From: Rhizophagus irregularis
Taxonomy: Eukaryota
DNA: 64,000 nt
Direction: 5' to 3'
Assembly: GCF_026210795.1 (NCBI RefSeq)
Contig: NC_089435.1
Span: 372,001-436,000 of the forward strand
Numbering within the stretch: the first letter of the stretch is position 1; every line of letters begins with the position of its first letter. Shown piece after piece: positions 24,529-39,800 of the stretch. The translations under genes and the position numbers were made by a program. The notes beneath the pieces were generated by a model. That model was not told where the DNA came from, did no database searches, and was given only the letters and a program-made list of their open reading frames with translations.

Positions 24529-25958
24529 TAAATCATTGATTCTCAAATTTAAATTATCTCAGCACCTTTTAAAAGAAGAAAAGTTCATCTAGTTTATCAG
24601 TTTATTTATGGAATTATAAAGACTCGTTTCATCGCGGTCATCAAAAATTTAGATGAGCGGAATTAGGATATTGATGAATCCATTCATAATATTAAAAAAG
24701 ATCATTTTCTTTCATTTTCCGAAGTTAAAAATTATTAAAACTATCATCAATTTGCTCAACTCTACTTGATATTTTTTTACAAAAGATGTATTATGTACAG
24801 TAAAGTAAATGGTAATTTAATTCCTTTAATATCAATGTTCTCTACTTTTAAAGGAATCTGAAATCATTACTTTTATTTAAAATGAATAAACAAGAAATTG
24901 AAAATATTAAAGGTAATGAAATAAATTAAATGAATAATTTTAATTTTTTTTTTGTAAAATCTGTAACAAAATAGTTTCGTTCAATTACTATGTACAGTAT
25001 CTTGCCAATGTACAAATTACAATTGACAAATCCCCAAACATTCCATCATTATTTTACACAATATAATGATTAAGTACTTTATTTTATAATAATAATAATA
25101 ATAGAATGGTTAAATATTGGTATATGTTAAATTTTTTAATGTTTTTATACAGTCCAATTTTTATTATGATATTTATCGTCTGAAAGTCCTCTCCAGAGAA
25201 ACTAAACTCTGCAAAATTTAAAAAAAAGAAATGTTAGCTTTTAGCACGTTTCTTAATCAATTTTAAAACTCTACTCTCAAACAACTAACTTACCATCCAA
25301 AAGTCTCTCAGGAGAAGCCAGAACCTACAAAAAAAAAATAAATAAAAAAAGAAATACGGTAGAATGATTAAATTTTTTGGTCAATGATAATTAATTTAGA
25401 AGTGATTGTCATATAACATAATTCTATGGCAAAATGTATTTATAAAAAATCTTTGATATGGAGAGTGGCGTTAAATTTAGCACTACTAAATATATGAGAC
25501 GAACAAAATGTTAACGTTAACTTAATGTTAACATAACGTTATCGGTTTCTGTTGAATGTCATGTGCAATTACATACTGTATGATTATTGGTGGTCGAATA
25601 TAGGAATTGATCAGAGTATTGCTTCTACACTTTTCCGAGTTGTTGTTGCTGACTCAGGAAACTTTGATGACCTTCCCTTTAGAGCTTTAAAATCACGAGA
25701 AGATTTGGCAGATAAATAAAATTTTGAAATTTTCGTTTAATATTATGTTTTTATCACAAAATAAAATTTTAATGAATTTAGGAAAATATATAATTTTATT
25801 CTTTTTTTGCGATATTAACATGATTCACCGTCCACCCAAGGTCAAATTTGTAACTAATTATTTAAAATAATTATCAAAAATTTTCTATACATTTCTGGAC
25901 ATTTGGAACACTTTGGAGGAGGCAAAGAAATATACAGCTCAAAAACTAGTAACTAAAC

Positions 25959-26591
25959 AACAGGGCGGACATCCTCATATTATCACGATATTGCCGATCA
26001 TTTTGCCGATCATTTGTTCAATATTGTCACAAAAAAATACCGTTGAGTTTATTTTTTTTACAAACTCTACTAACAATGTATAAAATTTTGATTTTATTTA
26101 CTTTATTTATATACTATTAATAAATTAATTCATAAAATAGTTCATGAAGATTTTACCAAATATTAGCCTTATATTAATCTTACAATAATTGCAAGCATGT
26201 ATTTAATGATAACTTTTTGTTTATTAAAAATTATCCATGTTTATTTTAGCCATAGATTCTTGAATACTTAAATAATATACTATAAAAGTTTCAAGTTTCG
26301 CCCAAACATCTGTGGCTTCGCCCGAAGCTTCAAAGTCAAATTAGCAGATGATCGGCATATGATTGGCTAATACTATAATTATTAAAATTTCGGCTCAAAG
26401 CTAACTTTATTTTTTTTTGCTACAATAATTTTATAGTATATTTTGGGTATCCTAAACTACCAAATAAAATAATTAGTACAATTTTTCTAGCAAATATGAT
26501 TTTGCTTAGAGTTTCAAAATAAACGTGATAATCAATATATATATGATCGGCAAATGATCGGCACAGTGATAATAAGCATGTCCGCCCTGTT
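25959..26591. mobile_element. Non-autonomous TIR transposon (633 bp) with 9-bp TSD
   Basis: TIRs AACAGGGCGGACAT ... ATGTCCGCCCTGTT. Perfect direct repeat TAACTAAAC at 25950-25958 and 26592-26600. Subterminal TGCCGATCAT/ATGATCGGCA repeats. Confidence 0.85.
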
Positions 26592-28995
26592 TAACTAAAC
26601 TAGTAATCTTGTAAATTGGTTGTAAATATGAGATTTTATTTGTAAGACATTAACATTAAATTATTATTTCCAATTTGTATTCATCTTCTATAATTTTTTC
26701 TTTTATCCGTTATTTCATTAATTATTAATTTTCAGAAATGAACGGTAAAACTATGTTCCATCTTTTTGTTTACTTTTTAAGGATATCTCCTTTTTTGTTT
26801 TGTAACGATTGATTTGGAAGATGAAAACTTAATAAAACAATTGAACATGTACATTAAATTATCAAATGAGAGCCCACAAACGAACAAGTTTTGTTTTTTT
26901 TCATCGTAAAAAATTGCATATTAACTTACCATAATAATTAGGATTTTTTAGTGAATTATATAAAGGAAGGCTATCAAAATTAAAAGAAATGATTTTGAGA
27001 TTTTGTTGTGATTTAATTATAATACTTAAATTCTCTTCAAGATTTTGATAACGATTTATAAATTGGAAATTAATTTATGAAATTGAATTGGAATTGGAGC
27101 TTAAAAATTTTAAAAATGAGTGCCTAAAATTACAAGAGTAACTACTCTCGTAAGAAACAAAAGGATAGTTTGTTTTAAAGAATGTATTGCCGAGGGAAGA
27201 TAAAGTGTCGGAAATACGACTTGCTAAAGTAGTTGAAAAATATGACAGTGAAATCATTTTTACGTGTAAACATTTTGTACGTGTAAACTAGGAAGTAAAA
27301 TAAAATTACACGTAATATAGCTTATAAAAAAAAAATTGTGGATTTCTCAACGTAATGCAATAAATTATATATTATTAAATTACTTCCGGTAATTTATAGT
27401 AATTTTAAATTATATATTATATGTATCATAAATGTCATATTTAAGATAAAGATGCCTAATATCACAAATAAATAAATTCAGAAATACAGTAGTAATATCA
27501 TAATAATGACGTTTATATGTAAAATCAAGAGTATATAATTTTGCCTAGGATATTTAAAAGAAAATGGATATTCCCATAATAATGGAATTGTTAAACGAGA
27601 CATAATCTATTAACTTGATACATGAATATAAAGTTAAAAAGCCATCCCGAAAATCATTTTTCGGGTATATCTAATATTTTAGTACATTTTATAGCGAACG
27701 AAAAACAAAAGGGGGATTTACAATTTTTTTTAAAAAATTACGCTAAAAGTAGTTATTTATACTAGGCGTGTTTGTGTAATCACATGTCATTTGATTAATA
27801 ATAAATTTATTATAGAAATGACTGCTATTCCGTTTCAAATTAGGGTTGGCAATTGGGTTGGCATAAATTTAGTCGATCTGCGGCAATAAAGATCCGCGGG
27901 TAGAATTTAAGCGGCAATTGTTCTTTTCACATGCTAAAAATATTAAAATTACCAAATTGTGAGTTTCCACGTCTTTTCTTATATTTATAATATTTTAAAA
28001 TATCTTTTTAATTTTTTATGTATTTTATATAATTATTATTTTTTTTTTCAACATATTTTTTTCTATTGTCCTCCTATTCCTCCTATTATATTATCTCCTC
28101 CTTAATTGATTATTAATAACATGGTTATGCATGGCTTGACTTTCTATTGTTCACTTCTATTATTGTCTCCCCAAAAGGAATAATACCCACGAAAAATTAT
28201 AAATTTTCTAAATATTCATATTTTGATACGTCAGCCGTATGAATTTACGCCAATGACCTAACACAATATGGCGAAATGCCTACTTTTAGCATGGCAGTGA
28301 TATAAATAATTTCTCGTGACATATTATTCTTAATATGTGATGACATACTGTTATCTTGTAAAAAAATCTCCAACCTTCTTTCCTCCTTTCCTTTTATTTC
28401 TTACTAAATGTATATAGTATTATATTTATGTCCATCAGAATAAGGACTAAAGCTATAGACATTTTTATTTATAAGTTATCGTGATGATGATGTAAAAATG
28501 TATTTAAAGTATTTGAAATGAAATACATGTATTTGTTAATGCTTAAGAATTAAAAGTTATTGCAAACAATCATCTGATGAATTATCTTAATGCGATGTCA
28601 TTCATATAAATTTCAATCAAAATCAATAGCAATAAATTTAGCTAGTAGAAAATTTGCAATAAAATAATAAAAAGGGACAAGTAATGAAAAAGTCACTGAA
28701 ATAAATTATAAACCGTTTTATTTTATGGATTAGTTATTCTGTAGCTTATATAAACTTTAATTTGAGTATTTTATTTGACATTGCACAGCTAAGCAATTAT
28801 TAGCATGAGAAATATCATTATAGGTTAAAAATAATAATATGTTGTTATGAAAATAAGTTTATGATTTATTAGCAATATGAACAAGATGAATTTATCTTAA
28901 ATGCATAGATATTGGTTATTATGAGCAGCAAAAAAAATTATTTTATTTTTCTAAATGATGAAGCAAATCCTTCATTCATAAATACAAATTTATTA

Positions 28996-30453
28996 CTATT
29001 TTTTAATTACTTTAAATACTTCATAATCTTCTACTTCGAAATTTGTTGGGATTCCTATTTTAGAATAGCGATTTCCACTATCGTAATTATTATAACACCA
29101 ATTATTATTATAACAGGTTAAATTACCCATAGTTGGACCATGACTATCGCCACAAAAAACTGCAAGTTGTGAAGAATTAACATAACTTACTCTTGCAGCA
29201 TAAGTATTTTTTCCATTTGGAAAATTAAATAAAAAACTATCTGCTGTAGTTTTCCATGCCCAACTTACATCCCAATCAAGGGGATTGTATCCTCCAATTA
29301 ATTGTAATGAATTTTTAATTTTTGCTACCCAAATAGTAGCTCCTTTATTATCACAATTTTTATGAAAATCTTTAACATCATTTCCATCCTGACTTAAGCG
29401 ATATAATAATTCAAATTTATAAGGAATATTTTTTCTATTATAACATGAAGAACTTTTTTTGTCAATCCATGAAGCTAAAATAGAAACATTGTTTGGTTCA
29501 ATTAAAGTTGATTTAAAATTAGTTTTTCTTGAAGGTGTAAAATTGGATTTAGGTTTTATATTAGGAACAATATGAAATTCTAAAAGATCATGAATTAATT
29601 CCTGTGGTAAGATATCTTTATAACAATATACTTTATAAAAGAAATCTATGGGATCAATATCGTAAAATCGAATTAAAGGGATAAATCTTTGTAATGCCTT
29701 CTCGATCTTTGTAATATCTTCTTTATTCCATTTTGATGGTTCATTCTTTATATTTTGTTGAGTAAAACACCATTTTAACAAATTCTCCCAAATTTCAATT
29801 TCTTCCATATTTAAATCATCCCTTTTTAATAACGATTCTAATAAAGGAGCTTTTAAATAAATAAATCTATCAGAATTAAATAAAACTTGAGGTTCTTTAC
29901 AGATATTTTCAAGACAGAAATTCCATAAATCTGTAAATGTTTCATATTGATAAACAGTTTCAAGAATTTCAGTTGGATTTTGATATAAAAATTCAGTTTG
30001 ATGTTTAATCAAAAATTCTTGAATATGAGATACTAAAGGATGAAGATTAAGTTCATCAACTGCTATTAACAATTTCAATATGTCAGAACCTTGTAAATTC
30101 TTTAATTCAATATTTCCACAATAAAAAAACCTATTAATATAATGATTAATTAATTAAACTTTTTCTTTAAAAAAAAATATGATTATTAAAAATAAATACC
30201 TAAGAATAATATTAAATAATTGTGGAGAAATATTTGGTTTTTTGAAAATAAATTTTCCATCTTTCTTTTCAGCCCATTCATTAGAAAATGCAGAGCGAAA
30301 ATATTGAGACCTAATAGATAAAATATTAGAATGAGCATGAATTTCTTTAACATATTGCTCTTCACCAGCATAAATAATAACGTCATATCCAATTTCTGTT
30401 TCAAAAAGTTTTTCATAATCGCTAGATAATTCTGCCCAAAATTTTGAAGACAT
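28996..30453 (-). CDS. BTB/POZ-BACK-TLDc domain protein (462 aa). Exons 30200-30453 and 28996-30130
   Basis: MSSKFWAELSSDYEKLFETEIGYDVIIYAGEE...HAHSNILSIRSQYFRSAF (BTB). A GT-AG intron at 30131-30199 restores ILRFFYCGNIEL. BACK region follows, then TLDc (FELLYRLSQDG...FHKNCDNKGAT...IGGYNPLDW...VEDYEVFKV). Confidence 0.92.
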
Positions 30454-31053
30454 TGTTTTTAAATTTTTTAAATAATAAAGCAAGAAATGCAAAAAAAAAT
30501 GCAGGTAAAATTAAAGTTTGGGATACGAACGTCCTTTATTTATATTATGTTATGGTGATCATGTCTATAACCGAACACCCGTACTACCTAATATAGAATT
30601 CCAATGCCAATCATCTTCAATTTTGCTGTTACTGAGAAGTCTAACTACTACGGACGGATTTGCGTAATTTATAAATATTTTGAGTCAACGAAAATAGATT
30701 TATTTACAGAAGCTTTGCAGAAATAAATTTGGTTATAATTATCACCCGTATTATTTATAAGATGTAACCGTTATTTTGATGATAGATAAAATAATTTTAA
30801 CTACAAAAGCTGTTGTTTCAGTTATAAAAGATCAAATAAGAAATAATTTTATTATATATCCTTATAGGATCACACTGTATTTTTTTTACATTTATTGAAT
30901 AGCTTTATTGATGATATATATAATAAATGAATACTGTTTAAATCATTACAAATACATAATAAAATTAATAAAATTAGATTTTTATACAAATAGACTATAA
31001 ATTAACTCGTGACTGATTTAATAGTGTGATCGTGAGAGTCTATATAATAAAAC

Positions 31054-31204
31054 ACTTATTGTATAGGTCTTTAGGCAATACTTTGCTGTTTTCGATCTCA
31101 ACCATTTGATCGGTCATATTGTACCACTTCGTGGCACAATCTGAGCCAATCAAATGGCCTCAATCGAAAACAGCACGTTATTGCCTAAATACTATACAAT
31201 AAGT
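31054..31204. repeat. 151-bp fold-back (imperfect palindrome), probable MITE
   Basis: Paired arms ACTTATTGTATAG/CTATACAATAAGT, TTTAGGCAATA/TATTGCCTAAA, TGCTGTTTTCGAT/ATCGAAAACAGCA, CCATTTGAT/ATCAAATGG around a very short loop. Confidence 0.8.
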
Positions 31205-31259
31205 ATATAATATTATTTATTATGTATTATTACACAATGTTATATTTAACACGGAATTT

Positions 31260-33400
31260 TCATAATGAAGTAATCAATGATATTTTATAGTCAGAATGTG
31301 AACGCCTATCAATAGCTGTGCAAGAATAAAGGAAACTTAGCATCAACATTACCAAATTTTTTCTTATATGACAAAGATTTAATTGGCTCAAAAAATATCT
31401 ATGATTTGCAACTTGAAATGTTGAGTAAGAATTTATTATATTACGTCAATAATAATAATGAATTATGCGAAATTTTTTATATCCAATTAAAGAAATTACA
31501 GTTAGTACTAATATGGAGTAATGGATATAGGTGACTATATTGAACGTCTGAAATTTGTTAGAAATTCTTATATAGCGGATGCACTGATATTACTGTATTA
31601 ACGCAACAATGATATCACGACCATGAAATTGTAAGTAAGAAATGAAGATCATTTGATAAAAGGAAAAAGATTAGTGTAGATGATATCATACCGCGAAAAT
31701 TTTAAGATAGATGGATCAATAGTATTAAGAAGAAGTATGTTTACAATGTATAGAAATGTATAGAAAAAATGTGAGAACGGATGTTAAAATGGAAACACTT
31801 CTGTAAAGAAAATAATTTAATACTAAAGAAAAAAAACCGAAATGGTTCGAATATATAACCAAAGTAGTGACGAATGAAGGTGGTGACAGAACTCCAATTT
31901 GCGATTTTATTGGATGACGTCACTACGTCATGTGAGAGACAGGAAACTTACGTGATCGATCATTGTTTCAAATGCGTAGACATATATAGTCCTTCGATTC
32001 GCTCCGGATAATAATATAAATGAAATTGATACTTTATATAAATAAGAACAGAAAAGTATACGACACAGATAAACTGGGTATAAATTGGAAGAGGGATCAT
32101 TAGAGTTTAAAAAGGTAGAATGGGAAATAAGAATGAAAGAAATTGATAGAGTAAAGACGATTTTGCATGGGATTATAATAGTTTTTTACTATTAAAACAA
32201 GGGGAATATAACGAAAATAAGGGATAAAAATATAATTATTAAAATGGAGAGTTTAGCCATTACCTTATTAGAAATTTTATTAAAGAAAAAGTGACTGAAA
32301 AAAATTGAATTATAATCATTATATAGAATTAAATTTTATACAAGAGTTCATAGTTAATAATGGAATAGAGTTCGTACGGAAGTATTTATAACGTAATAAA
32401 CCATGTGAAGGGGAAGATAATCAGATAAGTAATGCTAAAGAGAGGACGACATCGACGATAACGACAGATAGATTAATATTAAGTGTCTTTAATATTGAAT
32501 TGGAAAATTTTACGCTGAGATGGAAAAAGAATATTATCTTTGGAAACTATAGAAATCGAATGAAAAGTTTCTACACAGTAAATATGAGAGCGAAATTTTA
32601 ATGAGTTCTTTATTAGAAGAGATTTTCCATCGTAATGAGCTACAAGAAACTGATTGGTTAAGAACATATAAGTTTTTAAAGAAAGGCATGTTTGGAAAGC
32701 CAAGGTTATAAATTTATAAATTTTGTTACAGTTTCTAACGTATGAGTTATTATTTGAAAGAGGTAATGTGGCGATTATTTTTGAGGATCATGTGAGAAAT
32801 GAGTATCACGTTGAAGTCGTTGAATATTGGAATCATATTTGGACATGTGACGATTGTGACGATAATGACTGTAATGAAGAAGTAGTCTTATTGAAAACTC
32901 TAATGGAGATAGAAGAAGAATACTAGGTCAAGGACGCAGAAATGTATAAAATAGTGAGAACATTGTAAAAGATATATATGTATCTTTGACGGAGCAGTCA
33001 AAATATTTAATTTATCATCTAATATTACAAAGATTAGAGAACTAACACGTGTTTTATTCAATAACAACCTAAATAAAATAGTTAACATTAAAGAAGAAAA
33101 GAAATTACTATTAGATATGGGAACGAACTTATCTCAACATAAAAGAACTAATATTGATTAACAGATGCAATAAGGTGATCGCGTTAGGAAAAAGTCAAGG
33201 AATTACGAACAAAGATAAAAAAAGAAAAAAAATAAAGGACAGAAGGAGGATATCGGTCTTGAAGAAAATGGGTTACCGATACAAAAAAATTAAAAACAAT
33301 GAAAAAAATATTAAAATCAAAGTCAAAAAGAAAAAGAATTGATACAAAAAATTGTTACAATTACGAATCGTCCATATAATGGAACGTGGGGTTGTACTAG
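31260..33400 (+). mobile_element. Heavily degenerate non-LTR retrotransposon 3' portion
   Basis: Purine-rich stop-riddled region. Fragments KNKGNLASTLPNFFLYDKDLIGSKNIYDLQLEMLSKNLLY (post-RT-like) and FLTYELLFERG...EYWNHIWTC (remnant C-terminal Cys/His knuckle), then a Lys/Arg-rich tail. Recognition is from family resemblance only; boundaries are approximate. Confidence 0.55.
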
Positions 33401-33873
33401 TGTTGAAATATGATACAGCAACATTCCAGGAAATAACAATTTTTGCATTTACGAAATTTACGAAAGAAAAAAAGTATATTATGCTTTCCCTTCCACGTAA
33501 TTTTGTAATAATGGCAAACTGTTAGCAACAATTTTTTTAATAATGAGGGTTATGCTAAACGAGTGAGCATTCATATCATATCATGTTGTTTATTTTGATA
33601 ATTTCTTTAGCCTTTTATTATAGAAATTTAATTGTAATTATGCTTTGTAATTTATATATATTTAAAGCAAGCCACTCAAAGTAATTTGTTCAATTACAAA
33701 CTGACTTTATTCAAGTAAAAAAAATTTACATGCTACTCTATAATCAGTGTTGAACAAAAATATAATATCAAAATTTTAAAAATTATTCATTAAAAATGAT
33801 GAATAAATATAATAAACTTCGTTTTTAACATACTATATCAATAAAATTATAAATAAAAATGTTGATGAAAATC

Positions 33874-36800
33874 TTATTCTGATTGATTATAAAGGTTTAT
33901 TCCGATTGCACACTCTAAACATTCACTATATTTTGGAAGTTCTTTTGTAAAAGAATTAAGTATTCGAGATGTATAAATAGCCTGGAGATGAGTATCTGGT
34001 TGATTATTTTTATATATTCCATCATTGTTTAATCTATATTCTTCTGCTTCTTTAAATTGATCTTCGTAATTTGAATAAAATAGACTAATCATTTTTTCCA
34101 CCTCAGCAACATTGGGTCTATTAATTGGATTTAAATCCCAACACTTTTTCATTAAGTCAACATAACACTTAGGTGCTTCTGGCTTATTTATTTCAGGTCT
34201 AGTGCCATTACATATGTCTAATGCTAAAAACTCATCATGTGCACAATTTGCAAAAGGTTGTCTTTCAGTTGCTACAAAATACATAATCATTCCAAAACTA
34301 AATATATCTGCTGCTTTAGTATAAGGACCTCCTCTTAATACTTCAGGAGCTACATAAGGCATAACTCCATAAATTTTTGTTTCATCTACATTATCAACTT
34401 CTCCACATAATCCCATGTCAGAAATGTAATTTGAAGTAATCCAATAATAAGTATCCTTAAATAATATATTTCCTGTATGAAAATCACGATGAACCATATG
34501 CTTTTGATGTATCTCTTTAAGACCATTAATAATATTCTTTAATACTTTTAATTTATTTATCCATTCAAAATGCTTATAATTTTTCTTCATCCAATTGTTA
34601 AAATTTCCTCCTCTTGCATATTGTAGAACCATAACATAGGTTTTTGTATTAGGGTTCTGAGATATTCCATAAATTTTTAGAATTTCGCCAGAATTATTAA
34701 TATTATTGAGGTCATTAATTGAATATGCTTTAACCTAAAGATAAAGAATCAATTATATTCAAAAGAATTATATTTAAGTACAAAAGTTAAAAATTCTTTT
34801 ACCTCGTTAAAAAATTTATTAGAGAAGTTTTGTGAATTATTTAAACATTTTAAAGCCACTGTTTTATTAAAATCTCTTATATATTCCTTTTCATTCCAAC
34901 ATAATGGACCGTCCTTCCATCTTGCTGAATATACCTTAGCAAACCCACCTTTACCTATTTCTTTAATCTCATTGAACTGATCATAAGGTATCCATTCAAA
35001 TATTATGTCTTTATAATCATTAATTTTTAATTGCATTTCTTGAATTAATTTATCAATTTGTTCATTATCACTGGTCCAGTTTGTAAAATTTTCTTTTAAA
35101 TGATTTATTTGACATGATTTACACCATTTATACTTTGCATCTATGTATTTAATAGAACATTTATCACAAAAATATCTAAAATATTGATCATAACTAAAAA
35201 CTATGATGTAGTCTTTTGTATTGCGATTATGAGTTATTCCATATATTTCAAATTCGTCATAGCATGATGTAATCTATTAAGAAGAATATTAATACTTTAG
35301 AAAATGTTTGAAATAAATTTCTAGAAAACTTACGTACCTCATTCAAAAATTCGTTTGTAATATTTTCTGAATTAAATAAGTATTTTAAAGCAACAGTTTT
35401 ATCTGCTGTATTTCTTACATATTTCTTCTCATTCCAACGTAATGGACCATCCTTCCATCTTGCTGAATATGCTGTATTATTGCCTATTTTTTCAATATCA
35501 CTAAACTGATAATATGGTATCCATTCAAATATTATGTCTTTATAATCATTAATTTTTAATTGCATTTCTCGTATTAAATTATCAATCTGCTCATTTTCAC
35601 TGGTCCAGTTTGCGAAATTTTCTTTTAAATAATTTATTTGGCATAGTTTACACCATCTATACTTTGCACTTATGTATTTTCTAGCGCATTTATCACAAAA
35701 AATTCTAGAATATTGATCTTGATTAAGAATTAGGATGTAATCTTTTGTATTAGGATTTTGAGTTATTCCATATATTGTAAGAAGTTTGTCATAATATTCC
35801 ATAATCTATACATTAACAAAAAGTATTAATAATATAGAAATACTTGAAATAAAATATATAAAAACTTATATACCTCCTTTAAAAGTTTACTAGTAATATG
35901 TTGCGAATTAACTAAACATTTTAAAGTAACTATTTTATTCAATGAATTTCTTGTATATGTATTATTGTAATAATAATATGACAATGGTCCATCCTTCCAA
36001 CTTGCTAAATATACTGTATTGTTACTTGCTTCTTCAATTTCAATAAACTGATAATACGGTATCCACTCAAATATTGTATTCTTATAATTATTAATTTTTA
36101 ATTGCATTTCTTGAATTAAATTATCAATTTGTTCATTTTCGCTGGTCCAATTTATGAAATTCTTTTTTAGCCACTTTATTTGACATAGTTTACACCATTT
36201 ATACTCCATATTTACATATCTATTAGCACATTTATCACAAAAAATCTTAAGGTATTGATTTTCATCAAGGACTATAATGTAATCTTGTGTAATAGGATTT
36301 TGAGTTATTCCATATATTTTGAACTTGTCATAATATTCTACAATCTGTTAAAAAATTATTTATAATGTATATAAGAAGTATTTTTAAATCGAATTTATAG
36401 AAGAATTACATACCTCATTCAAAAGCTTATCAGTAATGTTTTGTGAATTGTTTAAATATTCTAAAATAACTACTTTATTTACTGAATTTCTTACATATTT
36501 CTTTTTATTCCAGTACAATGAACCTTCATTCCATTTTGCTGAATATACTAAATTATTTAATTCTTTAATATTATCAAACTGGCTATATGATATCCATTCA
36601 AATATTATATCTCTATGACTTTTAATTTTTAATTGCAGTTCTTGAATTAAGTCATCAATTTGTTTATTCTCACTGGTCCAGCTTGTAAAATTTTCTTCTA
36701 GCCAGCCTACTTGACATGGTTTGCACCATTTATATTCTGATTTTGTATAATACTCTTCACATTTTACACAGCAATTTTCCAAATATTGATCTTTATTAAA

Positions 36801-39800
36801 TATTATAATGTAATTCATTGTATTAGGATTTTGAGATATACCATATATTTTAACTTTATCATAATATGTTATAATCTATTGAAAAAAAAATCAATACTTT
36901 AGAAAACATTTGAAATAGATTTCTAGAAAACTTGCATACCTCATTTAAAAATTCATTTGTAATATTTTCTGAATTAATTAAGTATTTTAAAATAACTGCC
37001 TGATTTGCTGAATTCCTTGTGTATTTTTCTTTATAGTAATTATATAATAATGGACCATCCTTCCATTTTGCTGAATACACCATATTGTCTAATTCTTCAA
37101 TATTACTAAACTGATAGTAAGATATCCATTCAAATATTATATCTTTATAATCATTAACTTTTAATTGCATTTTTTGAATTAGTTTATCAATCTGTTTATT
37201 TTCACTGGTCCAGCTTGTGAAATATTTTTCAAAACAATTTATTTGACATGCTTTACACCATTTATACCATGACTTTGTGTAATATTTTCCACATTTTATA
37301 CAGCAATTTCCTAAATACTGATTTTTATTAATTATTATAATATAATCTTTTGTATTAGGACTTTGAGATATACCATATATTTTAACTTTATCATAATATG
37401 CTATAATCTATTAAAATAATAAGTATCAATATACTATAATTAGTTGAAATTAACTTCATAAAAAAATTTACATACCACATTTAAAAATTCATTTGTAACA
37501 TTTTGTGAATCAACTAAATATTTTAAAATAACTTCTTGATTTGCTAAATTTCTTGTATATTTATTTGCATAATAGACATATGATAATGGACCATCTTTCC
37601 ATTTTGCTGAATACACTTTATTATTACCTACTTCTTTAATATCACTAAATTGGTTATATGGTATCCATTCAAATATTACATCTTTATAATCATTAACATT
37701 TGATTGCATTTTTTGGATTAATTTGTCAATTTGTTTATTTTTACTAGTCCAGTTTGTAAAATTTTCTCTTAACCAATTTATTTGACATGGTTTGCACAAT
37801 TTATACTCTGATTTTGTGTAATACTTGTCGCACTTTATACAGCAATATTTTAAATATTGATCTTCATTAAATATTATAATGTAATCTTTTGTATTAGGAT
37901 GCTGAGATATACCATATGTTTCAATTTCATTATAATATGTTATTATCTATTAAATAATAATATTATATTAATATTACAAAAAATATTTGAAAATAAATTT
38001 ACAAAAAACTAATATATACTACCTTCAAAAATTCACTAGCAATATCTAGTGGATTGATTAAATATTTTAAAATAACTGCTTTATTTAAATCTTTATGCTT
38101 TTTTTCATTCCAATATAATAAACTATCTTTCCATTTTGCTGAATATATTTTATTGGTTAATTCAATAATATTATTAAACTGATTATATGGTATCCATTTA
38201 AATGTAATATCTTTATAATCATTTATTTCTAATTGTTTCTTTTGAATTAGGTTGTCAATTTTTTCATCTCCACTAGTCCAGTTCGTGAAATTTTCTTTTA
38301 GCCAGTTTATTTGACATGGTTTGCACCATTTATACTCTGATTTTGTGAAATATTTTTCGCATTTTATACAGTAATTTTTCAAATATTGATCTTTATTAAA
38401 TATCATAATGTAATCTTTTGTTTTAGGATTTTGTGACATACCATATATTTTAGCTTTATCATAATAAGCCATAATCTATTAAAAATGTATCAATATATTA
38501 TGTTGTACCGTAATGTACTTGAAATTAAATTCATAGAAAATTTACATACCTCATTTAGAAACTCATTAGTGATATTTTGTGAATTTACTAAATATTTTAA
38601 TACAACTGCAATATTTGTTAAATTTCTTGTATATTCATTCTTATAATAGTTGTTATATGATAATAAACCATCTTTCCATATTGCTAAATATGTTGTATTG
38701 CTTAATACTTTAATATCATTAAATTGATTGTATGATATCCATTCAAATATTATATCTTTATGATTATTAATATTTAGTAACTGCATTTTTTGAATTAAAC
38801 TATCAATTTGTTCATTCTTGCTGGTCCAGTTTGTGAAATTTTCTTTTAACCAATTAATTTTACATGGTTTACACCATTTATACTCTGATGTTGTGTAATA
38901 CTTTCCACATTTTATACAGCAATTTTCCAAATATTGATCTTTATTAAATATCATAATGTAATCTTTAGTATTAGGACTTTGTGATATACCATATATTTTA
39001 ACTTTATCATAATATGCTATAATCTATTGAAAAATTATTAACAATACAGAAAGTAGTAGAATTAAATTTATTAGAAAAACTTACATACCTCATTCAACAA
39101 TTCATTAGTAATATTTTTCGAATTAACTAAATATTTTAAAATAATTGGCTTATTTGCTGAATTTCTTGCATATTCATTTTTATAAAAATAGTTACTATAT
39201 GATAATGGGCCATCCCTCCATCTCGCTAAATATGCTATACTGCTTAATTCTTCAATATCATTAAACTGACAGTACGGTATCCATTCAAATATAATATCTC
39301 TATAATTACTAATTTTTAATTGCATTTTTCGAATTAGATTATCAATTTTTTCATTTTCACTGGTCCAATTTGTGAAATTTTCTTTTAACCAACTTATTTG
39401 ACAATGTTTACAACATTTATATCGTTTGTTCCATGCATTTGTGTAATACTTTCCACAATTTACACAGCAATCTTCTAAATATTGATCTTTATTGAATACT
39501 ATAATATAATCTTTTGTTTTAGGATTTTGAGATATGCCATATATTTTAAATTCACCATAAGTTGCCATAATCTATTGAAAAAAAATATTAATAATAGTAG
39601 AAATACTTGAATCAAAATATATAGAAATTTGTAATTTTGTATACCTTTTTCAGAAATTCATTCGTAATATTTTGTGAATTAACCAAATATTTTAAAATAA
39701 CGGATTTATTTGCTGAATTTCTTGCATATTCTTCATTATAATAGTTATATGATAATGGACCATTCTCCCATTTCGCTGAATATACTATATTATCTAATCT

